64,000 nt of DNA from Parcubacteria group bacterium GW2011_GWA2_42_14 (lineage in GTDB: Bacteria; Patescibacteriota; Minisyncoccia; Sungbacterales; GWA2-42-14), in NCBI GenBank assembly GCA_000998135.1, contig LCCV01000003.1, positions 6,392-70,391 of the forward strand, read 5' to 3'. Under the pieces are notes generated by a model, which searched no databases, had not been told where the DNA came from, and saw nothing but the letters and a program-made list of their open reading frames with translations. This document shows positions 7,797-17,234 of the stretch, piece by piece (position 1 is the stretch's first letter; every line of letters starts with the position of its first letter). The position numbers were made by a program, and so were the translations under genes.

Positions 7797-9632
7797 TTAT
7801 TTATCTGCGAGTTTTAAGAAATCTTCAAGAGCCATTTTGCCCAAATCTCCTTTTTTGTGTTGTCTTACGCTTATGGTTTTTGATTCCATTTCCCGGTCTC
7901 CAATTATGATAATATAGGGGATTTTTTGGAGTTCGGCCTCTCTGATTTTTTTGCCGATGGTTTCGTTGCGTTGGTCATAAGATACCCGAATTTCCTTATT
8001 TTTAAGTGTTTTTACGATTTCTTCAGCATAGGAGTTGGCCCGGTCGGTTACGGTTAAAACGGTTGTTTGAACTGGTGCCAGCCAAAATGGGAATTCTCCG
8101 GCGTAGTGCTCAATAAGAAAGGCGATGAATCGTTCATGCGAGCCCAAAGGCGCCCGGTGAATAACATATACCGGTTTTTCTTTCCCATCATTATCAGTAT
8201 AGGTAAGGTTGAATCTTTTTGTGGCAAGAAAATCCAGTTGGTTGGTGGAGGCAGTTTCTTCCCGGCCGATAACGCTTTTTATTTGGAAATCAACCTTGGG
8301 GCCATAGAAAGCCGCTTCTCCTTCAGCTTCAATAAACGGCAGTCCGGATTTTTTCATAGTGCTACGCAGTATTTCAACAGACTTTTCCCATCCCTCGGGG
8401 ATATTGGCAAATTTATCTTTATTTTTCGTCGGTAAAGACAGGCGCATATAAAAGTCAGTAATGCTGAATACGTTTTTGTACCAAAACTCATGAAGTTTCA
8501 TGACTTTTAAAAATTCTTCTTCTACCTGATCTTCCCGGCAATAAATATGGGCATCGTTTTGAGTAAATCCCCGGGTCCGAAGAAGTCCGGCGAGTGTTCC
8601 TGAAAGTTCATAACGATATACTGTTCCATATTCGGCGTATCGTATGGGCAGGTCGCGATAACTGCGCGGTTCTGATTTATAAATCATGTGAGTATGGGGG
8701 CAGTTCATTGCTTTAAGGTAATAGTTGCCGTCATCAAGTTTCATTGGCGGAAACATGCTTTCGGCATAATAAGGAATATGTCCAGACATTTTATATAATT
8801 CTTCTTTGGCGATATGCGGAGTGGCTACGCGTTCATATCCCCAGTCTTTTTCAACTTTTTTAGCACGATTTTCAATCTCTTCCCTTATAATTGTCCCTTT
8901 GGGTAGCCAAAGCGGCAGGCCGGGGCCGACTTTTTCCGCGAAGGTAAAGAGTTTCAGTTTTTCTCCTAAGATTCTATGGTCTCTTTTTAATGATTCTTCC
9001 TGTTGCCAGAGATATTTTTTCAGTTCTTCCTTGGTTTCAAAAGCAACTCCATAAATTCTTGTAAGTTGCGGATTTTTTTGCTCACCTTTCCAGTAGGCGC
9101 CCGAAATCTTTGTTAATTTAAAGGCGTCCGGATTGATTTCTGATGTATTGGAAACATGTCCGCCACGGCATAAGTCGAAGAAACATGCTACATGCGACAT
9201 GTGACATGTGACCGGGTTTTTAAATTCCTTGTCTATTGTATCTTTTCCCTTGTCACTAAAAGTATGATAGGCGGTTATTTCCTTTTTTTCTTTTGCAAAT
9301 TCTTTAATGAGGTCTAATTTGAAAGGTTGTTCTTTAAAAATTTTTTTTACTTTGGCCGTCGTTAATTTCTCTCTTTTGAAATCGAGATTTTGTTTGAGCA
9401 TACTTCGCATCTCTTTTTCAATATCCTTCAAATTTATTTCTACGGTCGTTCCTTGTCCCATGTCGCTTGTCCCTTGTCCCTTTAATAAAAAATCGTAGTA
9501 AAATCCATTTTCAATGACCGGCCCTACGCCCAGTTTGGCTTGTGGAAATTTTTTGAGCACGGCCATTGCCAAAATATGGGCAAGGGAATGCCTGATTGAT
9601 TCAATCTTGTCTGTTTTTAAAAGTTTTTTCAT
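7797..9632 (-). CDS. thrS: Threonine--tRNA ligase (lacks the N-terminal TGS domain)
   Basis: The sequence shows RHSLAHIL (HxxxH), DLCRGGH and GPVIENGFYYDF, and a class II core HRAPLGSHERFIAFLIEHYAGEFPFWLAPVQ. Confidence 0.9.
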   Translation of the reverse strand: MKKLLKTDKIESIRHSLAHILAMAVLKKFPQAKLGVGPVIENGFYYDFLLKGQGTSDMGQGTTVEINLKDIEKEMRSMLKQNLDFKREKLTTAKVKKIFKEQPFKLDLIKEFAKEKKEITAYHTFSDKGKDTIDKEFKNPVTCHMSHVACFFDLCRGGHVSNTSEINPDAFKLTKISGAYWKGEQKNPQLTRIYGVAFETKEELKKYLWQQEESLKRDHRILGEKLKLFTFAEKVGPGLPLWLPKGTIIREEIENRAKKVEKDWGYERVATPHIAKEELYKMSGHIPYYAESMFPPMKLDDGNYYLKAMNCPHTHMIYKSEPRSYRDLPIRYAEYGTVYRYELSGTLAGLLRTRGFTQNDAHIYCREDQVEEEFLKVMKLHEFWYKNVFSITDFYMRLSLPTKNKDKFANIPEGWEKSVEILRSTMKKSGLPFIEAEGEAAFYGPKVDFQIKSVIGREETASTNQLDFLATKRFNLTYTDNDGKEKPVYVIHRAPLGSHERFIAFLIEHYAGEFPFWLAPVQTTVLTVTDRANSYAEEIVKTLKNKEIRVSYDQRNETIGKKIREAELQKIPYIIIIGDREMESKTISVRQHKKGDLGKMALEDFLKLADK

Positions 9633-9709
9633 ATTTATGTTTGAATAAGGTTAAGAAGTTAAAATCGTGTCAGAGAGTAATAATGGGTCGCTAATCTTAA
9701 TTTAATCAA

Positions 9710-10636
9710 TCATTTAACCAAAACATCCCAGTGGCTTCCTTCGTCTGCGTAAACAGCTCCGGTCGGGCTTCTGTATTGTTTGGCGCCATCGCTACGGGTG
9801 CCGATAAAGCTGTAATTTGACGTAATGTATGAGTTCAGCGCCGGGTTTTTGCCAGCGTCAAATTTAAAACCTGCCGGATGGCTGAAAGGGCCGGTTGCGT
9901 GGCTGTTGATTTCAGAGCCGCCGGTAATGTTAATAGAGCAACCGCACTTTTGTTTAATGTTATATATTTCTTCAATTGTCGCGGGTCTAAGTCCGCCAAC
10001 ATTAGTACAGCCGCTTTGCGTTCCAGTATATGGATCGCATTTCGGATTATTTATGGTAATTCCTTTGCTTGTTAAGGAGGCGCGTATCGTAGCTTCATTG
10101 GCTTCTGCCGAAGGGCATATGGTAGATCCTTCTATGGGGCAGGAACCTACGGCCGTGCAAAGTCCAAATCCTGGTTTTGTTGATGAACAAAAACAAAGAC
10201 TTGTTCCGCAGTTCCAGGTGGTAAGGGGCGGAGGCGGTGGAGGAGGCGGAGGCGGTGGAGGAGGAGGCGGGGGCGGAGGCGGTGGAGGAGGAGGCGGAGG
10301 AGGAGGAGGCTCAACGACTTCAACCGGTACGCAATATGTTTCTATAAAATTCGGCAAGATTAATAGAACAGTTAAGATAAGAATAGTATAAAAAATAATT
10401 TTGCGGGTTTTGGTAATGGTGTTTGGATTTCCGCTGCCGGTAATATATAGAAAAGCGGCGGCCAGTATCATAATGACAGCGATTGCGGCTCCGATTATTC
10501 CCGATGCTTTTGCCAATATCAGGAGTAGTACGCATATTTGTGATGTGGTGAAAGGATTTTGGATTATTTGTCCGAGAACGGGCAATGGAAAAATTAACGT
10601 TGATATGCCGATGATAATTAGTGATGGATAGATCAT
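9710..10636 (-). CDS. Membrane protein: TrbC/VirB2-like pilin N-terminus, ~40-residue polyproline stalk and a Cys-rich C-terminal domain
   Basis: The hydrophobic N-terminus ...AKASGIIGAAIAVIMILAAAFLYITG resembles a VirB2 two-helix pilin. It is followed by P(x~40) and a domain with many Cys. Confidence 0.5.
   Translation of the reverse strand: MIYPSLIIIGISTLIFPLPVLGQIIQNPFTTSQICVLLLILAKASGIIGAAIAVIMILAAAFLYITGSGNPNTITKTRKIIFYTILILTVLLILPNFIETYCVPVEVVEPPPPPPPPPPPPPPPPPPPPPPPPPPPPLTTWNCGTSLCFCSSTKPGFGLCTAVGSCPIEGSTICPSAEANEATIRASLTSKGITINNPKCDPYTGTQSGCTNVGGLRPATIEEIYNIKQKCGCSINITGGSEINSHATGPFSHPAGFKFDAGKNPALNSYITSNYSFIGTRSDGAKQYRSPTGAVYADEGSHWDVLVK
10214..10310 (-). repeat. low-complexity (ggN)n / (ccN)n tract encoding polyproline
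   Basis: ggcggaggcggtggaggagg... run on the + strand. It encodes P-runs in the minus-strand protein. Confidence 0.9.
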
Positions 10637-10690
10637 AAGTTATTGATTCGCAATTTGCAGATTAGCATTATATTGCATTGGCGTAATTGT

Positions 10691-13600
10691 TTAAAGTATT
10701 TCCTCTGCCTCTTCGCACAATATTTTTATTGTATCATCCCTGCCCGCGTCGCTTATTCTGCCCTTTACAAGCAGAATTTTTTCTTCCTGCCAGATGGCGG
10801 GATTTTTTTCCAACACCCGGGGAAATACCAAAACCTCGGTTTTACCTGTCAGGTCCTCAATCGTTACAAAAAGCATGGGGGAACCGGCTTTGGTGATTAT
10901 TTTTTTTATTCCGGAAACGAGCCCGCCGATACTCAATAGCTTGTCTTTTGGCTGGTTTTTAAGTTCGTTTACGGCTATGACCCTATTTTGCAGTTTTTCT
11001 TTATATTCTTCAAGCGGATGTTCGGTTACGTAAAGCCCCAAAAGTTCTTTTTCCCAGGCGAGCATTTCGTTTTTTCCGGCAGACGGGAAAGATTTTAATT
11101 TTATTGATGAAACTTTAACTTCTGGGATTAAGGAGAAAAGGCTGGTTTGCCCCATGGATTCATTTTTTTGGTGGTCTCTGGCATATTCAAGAATGTTTTC
11201 AAGATTGCCCAGTAACGGGCCGCGTTCTCCCAATTCATCAAGCGCGCCGCATTTAATAAGTGATTCCAGGGATTTTTTGTTTAAATCTTTATGGCGGACT
11301 CTTTCTATAAAATCGGTAATGGATTGGAAGTGATTTCCTGATTCGCGCGCGTTGATTATTGCCTGAACAATATTGGCGCCGACGTTTTTAATTGATTCCA
11401 ATCCGAACCTTATTTTATCGTTTTCGTTGTTATTCTTAATAAGAGTAAATTTGGCAAAACTTTCATTGATGTTTGGCGGAAGGACAGGAATTTCCATTCT
11501 GGCGCATTCGGCAATTATTTCGGCAGCTTTTTCAATGTTGCCGGAATCAGCCGTAAGAACCGCGGTCATGTATTCACCCGGGAAATTAGCTTTCATATAT
11601 GAAGTTTGATAGGCGACTCTGCCGTAGCATGCCGCATGGGCTTTGTTGAAACCGTAACCTTGGAACGGTTCAAAAAGTTCCCATAGTCTTTCTGCTTCTT
11701 CGTGTTTCATTTTTCCGTGTTTAACACAGCCGTCCACAAATATAATATGCTGTTTTTTCATTTCTTCGGGAATTTTTTTACCTACGGCCTTTCTGAATTT
11801 ATCAACTTCACCCCAGCTATAGCCCGCGATCTCCATAGCTGTCATTAAAAGGTCGTCTTGGTAGACAAGCACGCCGTAGGTTCTGTCCAAATAACTTTTC
11901 ATTTTGGGATGAAGGTAGGTAAACTTTTTTAATCCATTTTTTCTTGCAATATATTCATCGATATTATTAATTGGGCCGGGCCGGTATAACGCAACCATAA
12001 CGTTTATATCGTGAATAGTGGTGGGCTTAAGTTCTTTTAAGTATTTCGTCATCCCAACTCCGTTTAATTGGAAAAGTCCAACGGTTTCACCTCTTTCCAA
12101 AAGCTCAAAAGTTTTTTTATCATCCAAAGGTATTTTTTCAATGTCTATTTCAATATCGCGGAATTTTTTTACGAGATGAACCGCGTCTTCAAGAATGGCA
12201 AGGTTTCTTATTCCTAAAAAATCGAATTTTAACAAACCCAAATCATCTACGGCATGCATGTCGTACTGGGTGATTATTTTTCCTCCTTTGGGGTCAAGCT
12301 GGAGCGGTACATATTCCCAAAGAGGTCTTGGCGTAATTACTACTCCTGCCGCGTGTACTGATATGTGGCGGGCGCATCCTTCTAATTTTTGCGCTTGAGT
12401 AATTACTGTTTTTACGTCCCTCTCTTTTTCTAATAAGTCTCTTAACTCCGGAGTAATTCTTAGCGCTTCTTTAATTGTCATGGGGAACCCCTGCGAGCCC
12501 AAAGGAATGAGTTTTGCTATTTTGTCTCCGATCGCATATGGATATCCGAGGGCTCTGGCAACATCGCGAACGGCGGCTCTGGCCATCATAGTTCCAAATG
12601 TGCCTATTTGCGCCACATGGTCTCGGCCATATTTTTCTTTGGCGTATTGGATTACTTCATCCCTTCTGTTATCGGCAAAATCCATGTCAATATCGGGTGC
12701 TGAAGGCCGTTCCGGGTTTAAAAATCTTTCAAAAGGCAGTTTATATTCAATAGGATTTACGTTGGTAATTCCTGTAAGATACGTAACAATGGAGCCGGCT
12801 ACGGAACCGCGAACCGTGGTAAAAATGTTTTTGGAATGAGCGTAGTTTATCAAGTCGGCCACCGCGAGAAAATACGGGGAAAATCCTTTGTCTTTTATTA
12901 TTTTTAATTCATATTCTACGCGCTCTTCCAGTTCTTTTGTTTTGTTAAGTCCTCGGTTTTTGATTCCGGCATAGGTTATTTTTTTCAGCTCGCTGTCATA
13001 GGTTTCTCCTTCCGGAATTTTGAGGTCTGGGAATGTCCAAGTCCCGAACGGTATTTCCAAATTTATTTTATTGGCTATCTCTTGGGTGTTTGCGATTGCC
13101 TCGGGCAGGTCCGGAAAAAGAGAAATCATTTCTTCCGTAGACCTCATTGATAAATTTGCTTCTTTCATGGTCAAGCGGTTTTCATCATCCATTTTGCTTC
13201 CGGTTTGCACCGATACCAGAATGTCCTGAGCTTCGGCATCAGTGGGCAGGGAATAGTGAGTATCGTTTGTGGCAACAAGTTTCGCCCCGGTTTTTTGCGA
13301 AAGCACCAGCAGTCCTTCATTTATGGTTTTTTGTTCAGGAAAATTAAAATGAGGCTGGATTTCCAGATAAAAATTTTCTTTGCCGAAAATATCCTGATAT
13401 TCGCGGGTTAATCTTTCGGCTATATCCATTTTTTTATTTTTTATTGCGTGTGGTATTTCGCCGTTGAAACATCCGGAAAGCGCGATTAGGCCGTTTGAGT
13501 ATTCGCGGAGAATTGTTTTGTCCACTCTGGGTTTATAATAGAATCCTTCCAGATGCGCCTTGGTTACGAGTTTAATGAGGTTATAGTATCCGGCAAGGTT

Positions 13601-13879
13601 TTGAGCGAGCACGGTCAAGTGGTAGCGTTTATTGTCAATATTGGGCCTTTTTTGATGAAAATTTTCATAAGCAATATACATTTCGCATCCGATAATGGGT
13701 TTAATTCCCGCTTTTTTCGCTTTTTTATAAAATTCAATGACTCCGTACATGGAGCCATGGTCGGTAATTGCCAAAGAATCCATTTTCAGTTCAACAGCGC
13801 GGTTGATTAATTGATCAATTTGCTGGAGACCGTCAAGAAGTGAGTAGTGGGTGTGGACATGGAGGTGGGTAAATTTCAT
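10691..13879 (-). CDS. dnaE: DNA polymerase III alpha subunit DnaE
   Basis: The PHP N-terminus MKFTHLHVHTHYSLLDGL is present. Length is 1062 aa. Confidence 0.95.
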   Translation of the reverse strand: MKFTHLHVHTHYSLLDGLQQIDQLINRAVELKMDSLAITDHGSMYGVIEFYKKAKKAGIKPIIGCEMYIAYENFHQKRPNIDNKRYHLTVLAQNLAGYYNLIKLVTKAHLEGFYYKPRVDKTILREYSNGLIALSGCFNGEIPHAIKNKKMDIAERLTREYQDIFGKENFYLEIQPHFNFPEQKTINEGLLVLSQKTGAKLVATNDTHYSLPTDAEAQDILVSVQTGSKMDDENRLTMKEANLSMRSTEEMISLFPDLPEAIANTQEIANKINLEIPFGTWTFPDLKIPEGETYDSELKKITYAGIKNRGLNKTKELEERVEYELKIIKDKGFSPYFLAVADLINYAHSKNIFTTVRGSVAGSIVTYLTGITNVNPIEYKLPFERFLNPERPSAPDIDMDFADNRRDEVIQYAKEKYGRDHVAQIGTFGTMMARAAVRDVARALGYPYAIGDKIAKLIPLGSQGFPMTIKEALRITPELRDLLEKERDVKTVITQAQKLEGCARHISVHAAGVVITPRPLWEYVPLQLDPKGGKIITQYDMHAVDDLGLLKFDFLGIRNLAILEDAVHLVKKFRDIEIDIEKIPLDDKKTFELLERGETVGLFQLNGVGMTKYLKELKPTTIHDINVMVALYRPGPINNIDEYIARKNGLKKFTYLHPKMKSYLDRTYGVLVYQDDLLMTAMEIAGYSWGEVDKFRKAVGKKIPEEMKKQHIIFVDGCVKHGKMKHEEAERLWELFEPFQGYGFNKAHAACYGRVAYQTSYMKANFPGEYMTAVLTADSGNIEKAAEIIAECARMEIPVLPPNINESFAKFTLIKNNNENDKIRFGLESIKNVGANIVQAIINARESGNHFQSITDFIERVRHKDLNKKSLESLIKCGALDELGERGPLLGNLENILEYARDHQKNESMGQTSLFSLIPEVKVSSIKLKSFPSAGKNEMLAWEKELLGLYVTEHPLEEYKEKLQNRVIAVNELKNQPKDKLLSIGGLVSGIKKIITKAGSPMLFVTIEDLTGKTEVLVFPRVLEKNPAIWQEEKILLVKGRISDAGRDDTIKILCEEAEEIL

Positions 13880-13941
13880 GAATCATGAATCATGCAACAT
13901 GTACCTCAAAACGGTTTATGTTTCAAGTTTCATGTTCCAAG
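13877..13941. repeat. CATG-core heptamer tandem repeats at the dnaE start/5' UTR
   Basis: catgaat catgaat catgcaa catgtac ... tttcaag tttcatg ttccaag. Confidence 0.8.
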
Positions 13942-14019
13942 ATTTACTCTTATTGTACACTTTTTCTTTTTTTAAACGCAATATGTGTATAATTTAAAAC
14001 CCTCGTTTGGAGACGAGGG

Positions 14020-14793
14020 TTATCCGCAGTTTTGTTTTATGGCATCAGCGCTTTTTGGGTCGTATTTTAATTCAGAAGTGATTTTACTGTGCATGATTGA
14101 TTCAATTTTTTCCGCGCCGGGAATAGTTTTATCATCGTCAATGTGAGTTGCGCCGCAGTTGTGGCCAAGTTCGTGCAACAGCACCTTCTTTATTACTTTG
14201 ATGTCGGAATTATATAAAATCGTGGATTCTTTGCTCTTTATGTAGTCAGACTCGTGCCTTTTTACATTAGCGTATCCGCTTTTTGATTCGCCTGTTATGC
14301 TTTTTATTTCTTTTCCGGTGACAAATACTATAAAATCAGTTGTTTGGGCAAGTTTTCCCAGCCAGTTAAGAATTTCAAAGCCAAAAACCGATTGTCCGTT
14401 AATTTCTTCGGCAGGTTGGATATTAAAAGTTACTTTTCCTATTTCAAGCCTTCTTCCGACCTGAGTAAGAAATATAGAAGAAGCCTGTTTGGCAACTTCT
14501 TTGATATTTTCTTCTATGTTTTCTTGGGGAATAGATTTTGTCAGTTCCGGGTCTATGATAAATTCGATTGTCAGCGGGGATTTTTCTTGTAAAGCGGAAA
14601 TTTTGAAAATATTTGTTTCTTTGTTTTCCAGAATATTCCGCGGTACGGCTCCGGTGGGGCGTGGGAATTTTAAATTATTCTTTGGCAGCTCGATATCCCG
14701 CGATAAGATTGAATTTATTGCGGTAGTAATTAACTGCGGGAGTAATATCGCGGATATCAGCAGAATAACCAAACCCGCCTTTTTCATTTTCAT
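14020..14793 (-). CDS. Secreted metzincin-type zinc metalloprotease
   Basis: A signal peptide is present, and HELGHNCGATH matches HExxHxxGxxH. Confidence 0.6.
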   Translation of the reverse strand: MKMKKAGLVILLISAILLPQLITTAINSILSRDIELPKNNLKFPRPTGAVPRNILENKETNIFKISALQEKSPLTIEFIIDPELTKSIPQENIEENIKEVAKQASSIFLTQVGRRLEIGKVTFNIQPAEEINGQSVFGFEILNWLGKLAQTTDFIVFVTGKEIKSITGESKSGYANVKRHESDYIKSKESTILYNSDIKVIKKVLLHELGHNCGATHIDDDKTIPGAEKIESIMHSKITSELKYDPKSADAIKQNCG

Positions 14794-15626
14794 TTCTCCG
14801 CGTTATTTTTCCAGATTTTCTGATTTCTCAAAGAAGGAAGGATTTTTTTAATGGGATTTATTGGGATGGCAAAACCGATTTGGTTTGCGTTTTGAATCAT
14901 GCTTTGGATAATGCCGATAACCTTATTGCTGAATACGTCAATCAGCGGACTTCCGGAATTTCCTGGATTGAGTGATGACTGAATTTGAATGAGGGGAATG
15001 GGATGGGAGTATATCGTTCTTTTCAAGCCGCTTATTGTTCCCGAAGACACTGTAAAATTGATGCCAAGCGGATGTCCGATTATCAGTATTTTATCGGATT
15101 CCATTATAACGTCCGAGTTGCCGAGGGTTAAGAATGGAAAATTGGATTTTTCGGTATTTATTTTTAACAGCGCCAGGTCATTGGGCTTGTCAATTCCCAC
15201 TACGTCAGCCTTGAACACATTGCCGTTGAAAAGCATTATAGAAATTTCTTTATGAGCGTCAATTACGTGATAGTTGGTTAGAATTTCCCCGTCCGGAGTA
15301 ATTATGAAGCCGGTGCCGACCAAGAAGGATTGAATTAATCCCAGTTCTTCATAAAGTATGGTTTCTTTATATAGCGGCGGTATGATTCGCGGCATGAATT
15401 TTTGGGCAGGATCGTTTTCTTGCTTGTCGTCATTTTTTTTTGCCGGATCTATTTCTGTTTTTATAAAAACAACTGCTTGCCTGTTTTTTTGCGTGATATC
15501 CCGATAATAATAGGTTTCGTTTCGGATATTATCCTCGGCACCATGGGCAAAGACAACGCGGTTGGCCTGGGGAACGGTGATAGTCGTAAAAAGCAATAAT
15601 GCTGAAATCAAGAATTTTGTGTTCAT
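14790..15626 (-). CDS. Trypsin-like serine protease (S1 family, no PDZ domain)
   Basis: The sequence shows TNYHVI (His), DLALLKI (Asp) and GNSGSPL (Ser). There is a 4-nt overlap with the downstream metzincin gene. Confidence 0.75.
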   Translation of the reverse strand: MNTKFLISALLLFTTITVPQANRVVFAHGAEDNIRNETYYYRDITQKNRQAVVFIKTEIDPAKKNDDKQENDPAQKFMPRIIPPLYKETILYEELGLIQSFLVGTGFIITPDGEILTNYHVIDAHKEISIMLFNGNVFKADVVGIDKPNDLALLKINTEKSNFPFLTLGNSDVIMESDKILIIGHPLGINFTVSSGTISGLKRTIYSHPIPLIQIQSSLNPGNSGSPLIDVFSNKVIGIIQSMIQNANQIGFAIPINPIKKILPSLRNQKIWKNNAEK

Positions 15627-15713
15627 TTTTGGCTGTTTTTCGCGCTTATCAAGGGTCTGATTTCATAGTAATATAAGATTTGAAATTAGCAATATTGAAT
15701 TGTTGGACTAATT

Positions 15714-16499
15714 ATGGCAAAAAAACCTTTTTATTTAATTGGAATAGATGAAGTTGGCCGCCCCAATGGGCGAGCCTCGCCTTATCAATATATTATTGGG
15801 ATAGACGAGGCGGGACGGGCCGCCAGATATGGCCAGCCTCGCCCAAACTTTATTATAGGAATAGATGAAGCTGGGCGGGGACCATTGGCCGGTCCTGTGG
15901 TTGTAGCCGGAGTGTTAATAGCGACAAGGGGCAAGAGGCATGTGGCAAGACAACTTTACGGTATTCGTGATTCAAAAAAACTTTCCGCCAAAAAACGCGA
16001 AGAGTGGTTTAGAAAACTTACGAGCAATTCTAAAATCGAATGGGCTGTGGCCAAAGTTTGGCCGAAAGTTATTGACAGGATTAATATTACTAACGCGACG
16101 AACCTTGGTGTAAGGAGGGTTTATAAAAAATTAAAGTTAAACAAAGTAGCTTCTCGACTCGGCTCGAAGAATAAAAATTTTATTGTTCGAGCTTGTCCCG
16201 TTAGAAATTCTATTTCTAACGGGGCTTGTCGAGAACATACCTTACTCGACGGCGGTTTAAAACTTCCATCCCATATTTCTTTTGAATCAATTATTAAGGG
16301 CGACGAAAAAATTCCTATTATTTCCGCCGCTTCAATTATTGCTAAAGTAATCCGCGACCGTCTGATGATTCGTCTTCACAAAAAATATCCAAAATACCGG
16401 TTTGACATACACAAGGGTTATGGCACAAAACTGCATAGAAAATTGCTCAAAAAATTCGGTAGAAGCGAGATACATAGAAAGTCCTTTCGATTTAGTTAA
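15714..16499 (+). CDS. rnhB: Ribonuclease HII with a triplicated N-terminal IIGIDEAGR segment
   Basis: GIDEAGRGPLAGPVVVAGV is the RNase HII catalytic N-terminus. Two degenerate upstream copies (LIGIDEVGRP..., IIGIDEAGRAARY...) precede it. Confidence 0.8.
   Translation: MAKKPFYLIGIDEVGRPNGRASPYQYIIGIDEAGRAARYGQPRPNFIIGIDEAGRGPLAGPVVVAGVLIATRGKRHVARQLYGIRDSKKLSAKKREEWFRKLTSNSKIEWAVAKVWPKVIDRINITNATNLGVRRVYKKLKLNKVASRLGSKNKNFIVRACPVRNSISNGACREHTLLDGGLKLPSHISFESIIKGDEKIPIISAASIIAKVIRDRLMIRLHKKYPKYRFDIHKGYGTKLHRKLLKKFGRSEIHRKSFRFS
15735..15900 (+). repeat. in-frame ~57-60 nt tandem triplication inside rnhB
   Basis: Three consecutive units starting att/tta-att-gg(a/g)-ata-ga(t/c)-ga(a/g)-g... Each unit contains a ggcgagcctcgcc or ggccagcctcgcc palindrome. 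Confidence 0.8.
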
Positions 16500-16589
16500 A
16501 GTTACTTAAGAAAGATGTGCGATTTGCATTTTTTAGTTCAAAATGGTAAAATTTTCTAGGCTCTTTTAGAGGGGGGGATAATACAGACT

Positions 16590-16808
16590 ATGGCTTATGA
16601 TATGGAACCAATTATTCATCCTCGTCATAATTTGGTTCGACAAATGCTGTGGGAAGAAGAAAGGAATAAGTGTCCGCATGATATGGGAAAATGCGGAGGC
16701 AACATTATCCTAACAGGAATTGCTGATGCTAAGAATTTGGTTTGTGATAAGATAGCTATTTTGGCGTGTACTAACGGTCATAAGTGGATGAGTCCGGTAA
16801 TTGATTAA
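16590..16808 (+). CDS. small Cys/His-rich hypothetical protein
   Basis: 72 aa with a CPHDMGKCGG...C...C..GH pattern. It may bind zinc. Confidence 0.3.
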   Translation: MAYDMEPIIHPRHNLVRQMLWEEERNKCPHDMGKCGGNIILTGIADAKNLVCDKIAILACTNGHKWMSPVID

Positions 16809-16891
16809 TTTATATTTGGGCAGAAATGCCCTTTTTATTCATTTGCCAAAAAGATAATTATTTGTTAGCATCTTTCTATATGGTAGTTCGC

Positions 16892-17164
16892 ATGAGACAT
16901 ACAAAAAGCAAGAGAAACCGCGTGAGGTCGCATCACGCTATTTTGGCTGCCAAATTTGTCCGGTGCGGACACTGCGGCGCGGAAAATTTGCCCCATACGG
17001 TATGTACCAATTGCGGTTATTATGCCGGCAGGGAAGTCGTTGATGTTTTGGCAAAACTTGATAAAAAAGATAGAAAGAAACGGGAAAAAGAACTACACGC
17101 TCATGAAAAAGAGCAGGCGGAGAAAGGAAGGGAATTGAACGCGGAAGAGTTATCGCATCATTAG
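16892..17164 (+). CDS. rpmF: 50S ribosomal protein L32 (bL32) with a Lys/Glu-rich C-terminal tail
   Basis: MRHTKSKRNRVRSHHAILAAKFVRCGHCGAENLPHTVCTNCGYYAGREVV matches the bL32 core. The ORF track's start at 16826 is an upstream over-extension. Confidence 0.8.
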   Translation: MRHTKSKRNRVRSHHAILAAKFVRCGHCGAENLPHTVCTNCGYYAGREVVDVLAKLDKKDRKKREKELHAHEKEQAEKGRELNAEELSHH

Positions 17165-17234
17165 AGACAAGTGACATGTGACAAGTGACAAGGTAGCATA
17201 AACCATGTCTCATGTCCCATGTTTCATGTCACAA
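17164..17234. repeat. heptamer tandem repeats (gacaagt / gacatgt ... catgtct catgtcc catgttt catgtca) between rpmF and nusB
   Basis: Clear 7-nt periodicity. It overlaps the annotated nusB start. Confidence 0.8.

Noticed and set aside
9178-9210. Heptamer repeat inside thrS as evidence of a pseudogene
   Set aside because: The frame stays open and flanking ThrRS motifs (DLCRGGH, class II core) are intact. It is probably a tolerated in-frame variation and not a disruption.
9825-10391. 188-aa plus-strand ORF with a long poly-Gly run
   Set aside because: It is the antisense reading of the (ccN)n polyproline tract of the minus-strand pilin-like gene, so a shadow ORF.
10643-11033. Several short plus-strand ORFs at the 3' end of dnaE
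   Set aside because: They lie entirely inside the minus-strand dnaE coding sequence, so they are antisense shadows.
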